Assembly: GCF_009914755.1 (NCBI RefSeq)
Contig: NC_060938.1
DNA from: the human T2T-CHM13v2.0 reference genome, Homo sapiens
Strand: one strand, 5' to 3'
Length of the DNA stretch: 64,000 bases
The notes beneath the pieces were generated by a model. The model searched no databases and was not told the DNA's origin. It saw only the letters and a list, made by a program, of their open reading frames with translations. Shown one piece after another: positions 49,645 through 64,000 of this stretch. Position 1 is the first letter of the stretch, and each line of letters begins with the position of its first letter. The translations under genes and the position numbers were made by a program.

Positions 49645-49941
49645 ATTTTTTTTTTTTTTGAGACAGAGTTTCGTTCTTCTTGCCCAGGCTAGGGTGCAAT
49701 GGCATGATCTCAGCTCACCGCAACTTCCACCTCCCGGCTTCAAGCAATTCTCCTGCCTCAGCTTCCTGAGTAGCTGGGATTACAGGCATGCGCCACCATT
49801 CCCGGCTAATTTTGTATTTTTACTGGAGACGGGGTTTCTCCATGTTGATCAGGCTGGTCTCGAACTCCTGACCTCAGGTGATCTGCCCACCTCAGCCTCC
49901 CAAAGTGCTGGGATTACAGGCGTGAGCCACTGCGCCCAGCT
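49645..49941 (-). mobile_element. AluSp
   Basis: ctcaccgcaac and tttctccatg diagnostics; TSD ctatttca. Confidence 0.92.
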
Positions 49942-49967
49942 ATTTCATCTATTTTTAACAATTAAGT

Positions 49968-50263
<296 letters not shown>

Positions 50264-51220
50264 AAGATCTTTAAATTAAAACGTTATTGCTCACATATTT
50301 TCAGTTTTGTGTCATGAAATCTGTGTGCCCAAACAATCCAAAATATATAATTCATTTTCTGGGTGGGAAGCAACTATATTTCTGTCTCATGATGGGAAAT
50401 AGAACCCAAAATTCAAGGCTTTAGCAATATGTTGATCACACAGTTTGATTAAGGAATTTCACTTTTTCCCATCTTTTTCCCTTGGTGTAAGGGGTATTTT
50501 CCTGAATATCTAGCTGGATTGCAATTCACTTGGGAAAAAATAAAATTCTATGCCAATTTTCATTATTAAGGTCCTCTAAATATTGACCTCTGGTAATTGG
50601 TAGGTTTTGGTGGATGGAATTTTACTTTTTTGACATGACATTGAATTGTACATTTAGCACTGGGTCTGGGTGTTCTCTCTGGGGAGAGTGGAATTGATGG
50701 TTCTTTTTTCTGTCAGTCCCAGGTGGCCTGTCAGGAGAGCAGGTGTTGCTGGGATGGTGCATGCATTCAAGAGTCATAGTGCAAATCTCATCAAGGCATG
50801 TATCCCCAAACCACTCAGGCTGGTATCTCTCCTGGGGAAGAGGCCAACACTGGCCTCTGCTGCTTTTTTTTTTTTTTTTTTTTTTTTGGAAAAAGAAAGA
50901 AAAACTAATTATCAACCTGCAGCAAATGTCATTCAACTCAAATCCATGAAGGATAAAAGCATAGGAGACAAATGTTCCTGGAGACAGGGTTGAGCTGTCA
51001 CTTGTCTTTTTAATGGATTGTTGTTTGGCTATAGAATCACATGTTATTTTATCTAATGGTGTATTTCATCTGAAGAAATACTGAATAGAATTGTACCATT
51101 TTCATAACCCCTCTGGGTTTGAACAGAATCCTAGCATCAAGGAAGATATAAGAGGTTATTTTCATTGCTCTTAAAACATTCAGGGGACGGGTGTTTATTG
51201 ACTTAGTCAATAGTTGGCTA

Positions 51221-51404
51221 ATGTTGGCCAGGCTGGTCTCAAACTCCTGACCTCAAGTGATCCACCCGCCTCAGCCTCCCAAAGTGTTGGGATTACAGGT
51301 GTGAGCCACCATGCCTGGCCTATGTCCAGAAATTCTTAACATGTAACCCAATTCACTCAGGTTTTAGATTAAGTATGTTTCCTTTTACTCTAAATGCTAT
51401 TTGA
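51221..51404 (-). repeat. Inverted duplicate of 52454-52635 (100 bp Alu head plus 84 bp unique flank)
   Basis: Unique 84 bp matches the reverse complement of 52454-52537 at 81/84. Confidence 0.95.
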
Positions 51405-51434
51405 CAAGTGAAGTATTGTCCCTAATACTGCACC

Positions 51435-51590
51435 TATTTTTTCTTTTTTCAGTTTTTATATTTTTTATAGAGATGGGGGAGGGTCTCACTATGTTGCCTA
51501 GGCTGGAATTGAACTCTTGAACTCAAGCAGTCCTCCTGCCTCAGCCTCCTGAGTAACTAGGACCACAGGTGTAAGCCAGTGAGCCTGGCT
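51435..51590 (-). mobile_element. FLAM monomer
   Basis: Antisense monomer. Confidence 0.82.
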
Positions 51591-52143
51591 TCCTTTCTTT
51601 TACTTACAGTTATTATATTCCATTTATCTACCTTGACTACACCATGGGCAGTTGGGCAGTGATCTTTGTTACATTTCAGAGGGCAGAATTAGGAACAATG
51701 AGAAGTTAGAGAGAAGTTGGATTTTTGTTTTGGGGTTTGTTTATTTGTTTTGCCACACTCTTGGAAGAACTTTCCAAATGTCCAAGAATTAAATGGACCC
51801 TCAAAAAGTACTGAGTTTCCTATCAGTGGTAATGCTCAGGCAGAGCTCTGCAATTAACTATAGAATGTTATGAGATACTGCAGGTTATTAGGTGGGAGTT
51901 TAGATCAGATATTCTTTTCAACTACATGAATTAAGGATTCTATTATTTTTGCTTTCAACAGAAGATATACAAAATAAACAGCCAGTGTCCATCTTGAATT
52001 GCACCATTGTTTATAATATTTCTGTTTTTTTAATCTTACAGTCCTCTCTGTTATAACAGTTATTACTTATTAATGGAGATAGCAATGCTATTAGTACTTG
52101 TATTGAATTAGTAAGTGTTCTGATAGAAAAATTAACCAGCTTT

Positions 52144-52464
<321 letters not shown>

Positions 52465-52537
52465 TTAGAGTAAAAGGAAACATACTTAATCTAATACCTG
52501 AGTGAACTGGGTTACATGTTAAGAATTTCTGGACATA

Positions 52538-52821
<284 letters not shown>

Positions 52822-53489
52822 GAATTTCCGGAGAGAAAGGAATGTTAAAATTTGGAAACTCTTTTTTGGGCCTTGAAAATGAAGCACATTTTCATATCTG
52901 GGCTGTCTCACTGACTTGAGCCTTACCTTAGTGACTGTTTCTAAAATGTCTTCTTTTCACACATCCCCAGTCCACATTTCTTTTTCTACTGTTTCAAGAG
53001 AAGTTCCCTTTTACCAGTAATATCTAGACTATCTTGAGTAAACCTTCTTCTTTAATATCAAAATCCTTTTGTCTCTTTTCTCCTCCCTTTTTCCCAATTC
53101 CAAGAAGTATCCTTTCTCTTAAGAGTTACCTTCCTTTTCTGTGTATTCTGGTTGCTGTTTTCTGGTGACTTGTAAGGAACCTTCAGCCTTATTTCCATGT
53201 TTTTTCCCCTCTCTCCAGCATCATAAGTCTATTCCTCTTCCAACATCATTTTCTCTCCAACATTTCCAGTGGAAGGGATCTCATTTCCATTGCCAGACAA
53301 TTAGAATCATCCCAGTAGAATTCTCCCATCTCTCTACTTCTCTTAATTTATAGCCACAGTTGTTATTTATGATGTTAGTTGCAATACAGAAAGAAAGCAA
53401 ATTTCTCTCACACATAAATAGTTCAATGTATTTGAAGAGATCTATCATAGTACCCCCTTTTAAAACTTGTTCATGTTGCCAATCATGTG

Positions 53490-54110
53490 TTTCTGTTTTT
53501 TCAAAATTAGAGCTTATATTATGCCTCAGACACTATTAGATTCTAGGATCTCAAAGATAAAACATCTGTGAGATACTTATCCAGTGAGGGACAGTCATGT
53601 AATCAGATAACTGTATTTCATTGTAAAAGAAGTTTGTGTGAAGTTCATGGCTGACATGATGGAAGGAATAAGCAGCTCTGCCTGAGTGGGGGTTTCAGGA
53701 AAAGCTTCACAGAAGAGACACTGGAAGCTGGGTCTTGAGGAGCACATAAAAATCTGCCAGATGGACATCAGCAGTACTGGAATACGAAAGAGGGGAGGAG
53801 TGATGGGCCTGTTTAAGTAATTAGAATAACGTGGACAGGAACAGAAGTGTGAAGTCACATGGTGCATTTGAAGACCTGCTAGTTGTTCCTGTGTAGCAGG
53901 AGCATATGGAAGAAAAGCAAGAGACGAAGTTGTTCATTAGATGTGAGCTCCATGAGAGCCAGGACCTCACGTGGCCCATTCGTTATTGTATCCACATTGC
54001 CTAGTGCATAACAGATGCTTAGTAAATATCCAGTGAATAAATAAATAAAGAGGTAGGTAAGGGCCAGATCTAGAAGTGATTTTTGTCTAAATTCCACAAA
54101 GACTGACTTT
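53490..54110 (-). mobile_element. L2 fragments
   Basis: aaaagcttcacagaagag...ctgggtcttgagga; includes an opposite-orientation L2 tail near 53935-54045. Confidence 0.6.
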
Positions 54111-54656
54111 TTTTGCTCTTTTAGGACTTGTATATCTTCTATAGGTTCTTAAGCATAATTATTAATGGGCATTTGTGTGTTTTTGGGGTAAATATGAACT
54201 ATTAAATTATTTGATTACCTGCCAGAACTCATAGTGCCACATTTTGCCAAATTACCAACCTCAAAAAAAAAAATGGAAATAATTTTTATTGAGGTGAACT
54301 CTATAATACCCTGTTTAACTTTATAGAAGTTGCCTTGGAGTTTAAATGTTCCATTTTCTCCCTGATTAAAAAAGGAAGAGATAGAAAAGTTAGAGGTTTT
54401 TATTTTTTTAGTTTGATGTTTCATATTAGACTACAGTGTGATATATTATAGTTTCTATAAGCAGTAGAAACTATAAAGATAGATATAAACTGTCCAGAAT
54501 TAAGTACTGAGAGAAAAATATTAAAAGCAAAATTAATAGAACCTTGATATTGTGGGACAATATCAAGCAGTTTAACATACCTGTAACTAGAGTTCCAGAA
54601 GGAAAGGAGTTAGGTACAGGCCAGAAAAAAAAAAAAAATTTTAAGACATAAATGAT

Positions 54657-54803
54657 CCCAGGCATGGTGGTTCACACCTGTAATCCCACACTTAGAGATA
54701 CTGTGGCTGGTATATTGCTTGAGCCCAGGAGTTTGAGACAAGCCTGGGCAACATAGTGAGACTCCGTCTGTACCAAAAAAAAAAAAAAAAAAATTAGCTT
54801 GGT
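54657..54803 (+). mobile_element. Alu left arm / FLAM
   Basis: Monomer plus A-tract and start of linker. Confidence 0.85.
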
Positions 54804-54859
54804 GTACTCTATATCTTTAACATGTTTCTGAAAAATTCTGCCATTAAATGAAAGGTACT

Positions 54860-55137
54860 GGCCAGGCATAGTGGCTCATGCCTATAATCCTAACACTTTG
54901 AGAGGCTGAGGTGGGTGGATCACTTGAGCCCAGGAGACCAGCCTGGACAACATAGCAAGATTCCATCTGTAAAAAAAAATTTGCCAGGTGTGGTAGCATG
55001 CACCTATAGACCCAGCTACTTGGGAGACTGAGGCAGGAGGATTGCTTTGAAGGTCAAGGCTGCAGTGAGCTACAATTGTAACACTACACTCCAGCCTAGG
55101 TGACAGAGTGAGAGCCTGTCTAAAAAAAAAAAAAAAC
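54860..55137 (+). mobile_element. AluJ
   Basis: Dimer with small deletions. Confidence 0.92.
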
Positions 55138-55328
55138 CCAAACAAAAGTCTGTTGTATTTTTTACACCAGAAACAATTAGAAAATAATGTTTCAGAAAGA
55201 TGATTTTCCCAGTCGTAGTAAGAATATAAAGTACATTAAGTTTTAATCTACAAAAAATTTTAGTGGAAAAAAATTGTAAATTTTATTGACAGGCATTAAA
55301 GAAAACCTAAATAAATGTTATGAACTAG

Positions 55329-55796
<468 letters not shown>

Positions 55797-56019
55797 CATT
55801 TTAATTCTTAAAGCAAACTTAAGTCATATTTCTTGGGAAATTTGTGTCTGTAATGTTTGAAACATTGAATGCTGTTTCTTCACTATTGTAAGGCTTTGAC
55901 CATTTCCCTAGCTTTTCTGTGCTCCTACATTCTTCTGTTACAGCACTGTCATATTATATTATAATGGTATATGTATCTCTAGTCTGTGAACTCCTTTTAC
56001 ATCAGGAACCATGGGGAGA

Positions 56020-56230
56020 TAACTGTAGCAAAGCCGTTAAAACACAGGACCTGGAGATAAGGCCACCCGGATCCAGTGCTGCCTCTGCCATTTACTGGCG
56101 GTGTAATCTTGACAAGTTATATAACTTCTCTCTCTCAGTTCCTTCATTTATAAAATGAGAATAATAAATTATATCTACTTATAGGGGGGTTGTGAGAATT
56201 TTAAGTAATAATACATGTTAAGTGAACATA
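56020..56230 (+). mobile_element. MIR
   Basis: cttgacaagttatataacttctctctctcagttccttcatttataaaatgaga. Confidence 0.75.
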
Positions 56231-56936
56231 ATCATTAAGAAATGTTAATAATTATGGTTCTTAGCTGTTCCATAGCACAAACTCTTCACTGCGTGTGCTC
56301 TAAGTTTGATCAATGTGTAATAAACAGATTAGCATTACAGTGGTGTCAGGTGCAACTTAGGACTGAGCAGGTTATGTGATGTGATGTGTGGAGCAGGTAC
56401 AACTTGTTTTCAGTAAGAGGTAAGAAGTATAACATCAAGACAGCACCAAAGAAAGATGGCCTTTACTGGAGCCAGTGAGCACTTTGCCTCATTAATAAAA
56501 TACGAATGTAGTTAGATCAGAAAATGTTCTGCTCAAATAGCCACACAGGACTGAATGGCAACCATGTAACTAGTGTGGTGATTATGGAGGTTCCTATGGG
56601 CCCTTTGAGAAATTATGCCATCAGAATAAGTGTGCTAACTTGTTTAGTGAGTTTCTGAATATTCTAATCTCTTCAAATTGTGAATGCAAAAAAGTTGAGA
56701 ACTCCTAATCCTGTATAAAATTGTATCCAATAAATACGTATTGAATGAACCAATTAAAAAAAGAAACTATCAATATTATTTTTCAGTATCTTTCAAGTGT
56801 AGCACAATACTGACATAGAACCTATAATTAAATGCTTTTTGTATAAAAAGCATTCTGTTGTTCATGATCTGAATTTGGATTGCTGATTTGGTTATTACTT
56901 AGCCAATTATTTACATGTACTAAGGATTACTTAGTG

Positions 56937-57246
<310 letters not shown>

Positions 57247-58215
57247 TGGATTACTTAGTTTTTACAGCAACATTAATCTTTCACTTTGTGGATTTTGATA
57301 TGTTTAAATATACAGTTTGTTAAATGTTTTTGTATTTAATGCATTTGCATTCATCTAATCTACTTATTTTAAATCTAATTGTATCCTGACTTCCTAGCAT
57401 GAGTGGTTAAACAAAAGGAATATTTTTCAAATAATTATTCATAGTATGTAAATAACCTAAGTACTGTACTTTTAAGTCAAAATATAGTATCTTTGTTATT
57501 AAAAACAGTACAGCATAATACAAATTCTGATGTTATTTGAATTTAAACAGAATTGAATTTATGAAGTACTTTTTCTTTAATTATATGGCAGTAATGTCCC
57601 AATGCTCAAATTTTTTATCCAGACCATTGATTAATTAGATTTTCTGCCAGTTCTCTTGCGAGAACAAAGCCAGAAGGACAGGGCAAGCTTCCTTTGTGCT
57701 TCAGGATAGAGGTAAGAGGTGCCTTTGTCTTTAGTGAAGAAACCCAGGTTCTGTTGCCATAGATCTCCTCTTTGTGAATGAAGTCTTTCTATCAGGGGTT
57801 TGACTTGAACCTGAAGGTCTTTTTATATCTCTGCATTTAATTTTTGCTCAGCTCTAGACATCTCCCACTTTTAAAAGGAGCTTTATTGAGATATTTTCCA
57901 CATACAATAAAATTCACCCACTTGAAGTGTACAAGTCAATGGGTTTTTAATACAGTCATATGTTGCTTAACTCTGGGGATATGTTCTCAGAAATTCAACA
58001 TTAGGTGATTTCATTGTGTGAACATCATAGTGTGTTCTTACACAAACCTAGATAGTATAGCCTACTACACACCTAGGCTATATGGTATAGCCTATTACTC
58101 ATAGGCCACAAACCTGTACAGTATGTTACTGTACTGAATACTAGAGGCAGTTGGAACACAACAGTAAGTATTGGTGCATCTAAACATAGAAAAGGTAGAG
58201 TAAAGATACAGTATA

Positions 58216-58514
58216 GCTGGGCATGGTGATGGGCACCTGTAGTCCCAGCTACTCAGGAGGCTATTGGGGGGGAGGATTGGTTGAGCCCAGGAGTTCTAGC
58301 CTGTAGTGCGCTATGCCAATCAGGTATCTGCACTAAGTTCAGCATCAATATGGTGACCTTATGGGAGCAGGGGCTACCAGTTTGCCTAAGGAAGGGTGAA
58401 CCAGCCCACGTTGGAAACTGAAGGTCAGAACTCGTGTTCTTATCACTAGCGGGATCATGCCTGTGAATAGCTGCTGCACTCCAGCTTGGGCAACAAAGTG
58501 AGACCCCTTCTCTT
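58216..58514 (+). pseudogene. Full-length 7SL (SRP RNA) retropseudogene
   Basis: Contains the S domain that Alus lack (gtagtgcgctatgcc...gcactaagttcagcatcaatatggtgacc...gcctaagga), ends tctctt plus A-tail, TSD-like acagtata. Confidence 0.93.
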
Positions 58515-58570
58515 AAAAAAACAAAAACTAAAACAGTATAATACATTTGAAAAAAAAAAATGGTACACCT

Positions 58571-58781
58571 AGCCTGGGCAACATGTCAAGGTCCCATCTC
58601 TGCAAACAAATTAAAAAATTAGCCAGGTATGGTGGTGCATGCTTGTGGTCCTAGCTACTCAGGAGGCTGAGGCAGGAGGATCACTTAAGCCCTCAGTTAA
58701 CGGAGGTCGAGGCTGCAGTGAGCCATGATCACACCACTGCACTCTATCCTGGGTGACAGAGTGAAACCTTGACTCAAAGAA

Positions 58782-58823
<42 letters not shown>
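58571..58823 (+). mobile_element. 5'-truncated AluJ with (AAT)n tail
   Basis: TSD aatggtacacct / aatgtacacct. Confidence 0.9.
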
Positions 58824-58824
<1 letters not shown>

Positions 58825-59103
58825 TACACCTGTATAGGGTACTTACCATGAGTGGAACTTATAGGACTGGAAGTTGTTCTGGGTTAGTCAGTGAGTGAGT
58901 GGTGAGTGAATATGAAAGCCTAGGACATTACACTACTGCAAACTTTATAAACACTGTACACTTAGGCTATACTAAATGTATTAAAATATGTTTCTTTGAT
59001 AATAAATTAACCTTAGCTTACTGTAGCTTTTTTACTTTATAAACTTCTAATTTTTTTTTTAACTTTTTAACTCTTTTGTAATAGCACTTAACTTAAAACA
59101 CAA

Positions 59104-59478
<375 letters not shown>

Positions 59479-59484
59479 ACACAG

Positions 59485-59490
<6 letters not shown>

Positions 59491-59537
<47 letters not shown>
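59491..59537. repeat. (CA)n microsatellite
   Basis: About 23 uninterrupted AC units. Confidence 0.97.
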
Positions 59538-59540
<3 letters not shown>

Positions 59541-59617
59541 ATTATACAGCTATACCAAAATCTTCTCCTTCTTTATATCCTTTTTCTATAAGATTTTTCT
59601 ATCTTTAAAATTGTTTA

Positions 59618-59765
59618 GGCCAGGTGCAGTGGCTCATGCCTGTAATCCCAACACTTTGGGAGGCTGAGGCAGTAGGATCACTTGAGTTGAGGAGTACAGG
59701 ATTACAGTGAGCCATGATCAGGCCACTGCACTCCTGCCTGGGTGACATAGTGAGGCCCAGTCTCT
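59618..59765 (+). mobile_element. Monomeric Alu (left-arm start, right-arm end)
   Basis: gtggctcatgcctgtaatcccaacactttggg joined to cagtgagccatgatc...cactgcactcc; no A-tail. Confidence 0.8.
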
Positions 59766-59950
59766 AAGACACAAACACACACATTAACCTAGGACTACAC
59801 ATGGTTAGGATCATGGGCATTACTCTCTTCTATCTCCACATCTTGTCCCACTGGAAGGTCTTCAGAGGCAGTAACACACATGGAGCTGTCATCTCCTGTG
59901 ATAACAGTGCCTTCTAGAATACCTCCTGTAGGAGCTGCCTGAGGCTGTTT

Positions 59951-60197
<247 letters not shown>

Positions 60198-60666
60198 TAG
60201 TTAACTTTTTTTTTTAATAAGTAGAAGTACTTTCTAAAATAATGACAAAAAGTATAATAAATACATAAACCAGTAATATTGCCATCTATCATTATCAAGT
60301 ATGTACTATACATAATTGTGTGTGCTGAACTTTTATATGACTGTCAGCACAGTAGGTTTGTTGACACCAGCATTACCACAAACACATGAGTAATGCGTTG
60401 CACTATGACGATGTTACAACAGCTACAACATCCCTAGGAGATAGGAATTTTTAAGTTCCATTATAATCTTATGGGACCACCATCATGTATGTGGTTCATT
60501 GTTGGCTGAAATTTTATGCAGCACATGACTATATTTACAGAATACTTCAGCTATCAGCACAGTTAATGTTTTAATATTTCTATCACCCCAAAAGAAACTC
60601 CATATCCATTTGAGTCATTCCTTATTCCTCCTCACTCCCCCAACCTGCCCTGCTAGACCAAAGTAA

Positions 60667-61095
<429 letters not shown>

Positions 61096-61514
61096 TGACT
61101 ATTATAAATAATGCTGCTGTGAACATTCATGTACAAGTTTTGTGTCATCGTTTTCAGCTTTTGATGTAAGGGGATGTTTGTATATTATGCCATAAGATAT
61201 GCATCAGAACACCCTAGATAAAGTTTTAACTTAATGTGAGAATAACATATCATGCAATGGTCCAAATACATTTTACTAAACTGATAGGTCACTCAACCAT
61301 TCATTAGTCTCTCCTATGTCTTTTTGAGTTATTTAGAAACTGTGACTTAGTAAGCAAAAACACAGCCCTTTTTGTTTTCATCAGTCTGAATATTGGATTT
61401 CATTTCAAGGGACTCTAAAGTTTGATATTTTATATCTTGAGCTAGGATGGAAAAGAATGATGTATTGTGAATTCATTTACAGTTGGTTGGCTATCTTGGG
61501 GCATGAAAAGCTGA

Positions 61515-61864
<350 letters not shown>

Positions 61865-62240
61865 TGTTGTTGTTTTTAAATCTCAGTCATAGATTTTTGT
61901 TTCATTTTTGCTTAGAGTGTAACTTTGCGAGAAAGAATCTATACACTTAAAATGCTGAATAGATTTCTGGCATACAGAAATTAATTTTTATATTCACATT
62001 AACCTCAAAGACACATCATTGATTGTACAGATGAAGTGAATGTACCCAGCAGCTGAAGCTGAACTTGAGCAATAATGGTTCAAAGAATGTGATTAATGGT
62101 AGGAATCTTTAGGTGTATTATTCATATTGTCTTTTGGCCATTGACTCAATTCTGGATTTTGGGATTTATTAGAAATAGGATCCCTTAATCAAATCAAAGC
62201 TAGATTAGTGGGGACTTAATTAATAAGTACTCTTTATTAA

Positions 62241-62544
<304 letters not shown>

Positions 62545-62569
62545 AGCTTTTGTAGTTCTTCTACCTTCA

Positions 62570-62879
<310 letters not shown>

Positions 62880-63161
62880 CAGTAATATATTTATAAAGGC
62901 TCATTCAAGCACATCCCTCTCTTTCTAAAGCTTTTCCTGTCCATCCAAACCAAGTCTTCTGCAGAATTAATTATCTCCATTCTATCCTCATAAATGTGTT
63001 CTATACTCATATAGGATTCATTACATTGTTTGATAATAATTTATTGCCCAGGCTGTCTTCTTCCAAGATTCTCAAGGTTAAGGACTGTATTGTAGCCTTA
63101 ACACTGAGTACAATAGATAGCAATAGAGGGCTATAGTTTTGGTAAAAATTCTAATTCTTTG

Positions 63162-63523
<362 letters not shown>

Positions 63524-63671
63524 CTAAAAGACACCCCCCTTGTGGTTTAATTGTGAGAAGTATGCTTTATGATTATAATTTTGATAAAATAAAAGCCTGC
63601 CTCCTCTGTTAGTAATGAATTAGAGCTGCAGGGAACTGGAAACAAAATGAAAGAGCCTGGATAATATAGGC

Positions 63672-63842
63672 TAATGGTTCTCAGACTTTAGCATGCGTTA
63701 GAATCACCTGTAGGGCTGGCTAAACCATGGATCCTGTGCTCAAGCTCTTGAGTTTCTGATTCAGTAGATTTGGTATGGAGCCTAACAAGTTCTGAAGTGA
63801 TGCTTATGTAGTTGGTCAAGTACCACACTCTGAGAACCACTA
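63672..63842. mobile_element. MER5A hAT MITE
   Basis: tggttctca...agaatcacctg...tttctgattcagtag...tgagaaccact. Confidence 0.85.
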
Positions 63843-64000
63843 ACATTATAAATTCTAACTAACCTACCTGAAAGACATCCAGTTTACTGAAATAGGTTCT
63901 GTTCCTGATATCCGCACCTGGCCCTCTCTTGAAGATCTTGTGGGGGAAAGTACTCCATATTTGCAAAGCTCTCTGCCTGCATAGTGTCTACACCGAGGAC

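Noticed and set aside
50840-50888. agaggcc-N6-ggcctct hairpin followed by a long T run, resembling an intrinsic terminator
   Set aside because: Eukaryotic context; short chance stem next to a mononucleotide microsatellite, with no Pol III gene visible upstream.

Overview
Primate (human-like) genomic DNA, most likely from within a large intron; I cannot identify a host gene. I found no convincing protein-coding exon, and essentially all ORFs in the supplied track are Alu- or L1-derived. The window holds about 60 Alu/FLAM/FRAM copies, fragments of L1, L2 and MIR, MaLR/ERVL LTRs, hAT and Tigger DNA transposons, and a full-length 7SL retropseudogene. Several Alu-free unique blocks may be regulatory. 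I see no new multi-gene system. The most unusual signals are local DNA-copying footprints: (i) a perfect 38-bp inverted repeat with a 21-nt loop inside an ancient MER58 (26506-26602), shaped like a pre-miRNA; (ii) an ~185-bp inverted duplication of unique flank plus Alu head (51221-51404 vs 52454-52635); (iii) an 85-bp insertion in an AluJ apparently copied from a neighbouring Alu monomer (59161-59245). There is also a clear twin-primed, 5'-inverted L1PA (8786-9733). Repeat subfamily names are recalled from consensus sequences, not from a database search, and boundaries are approximate.
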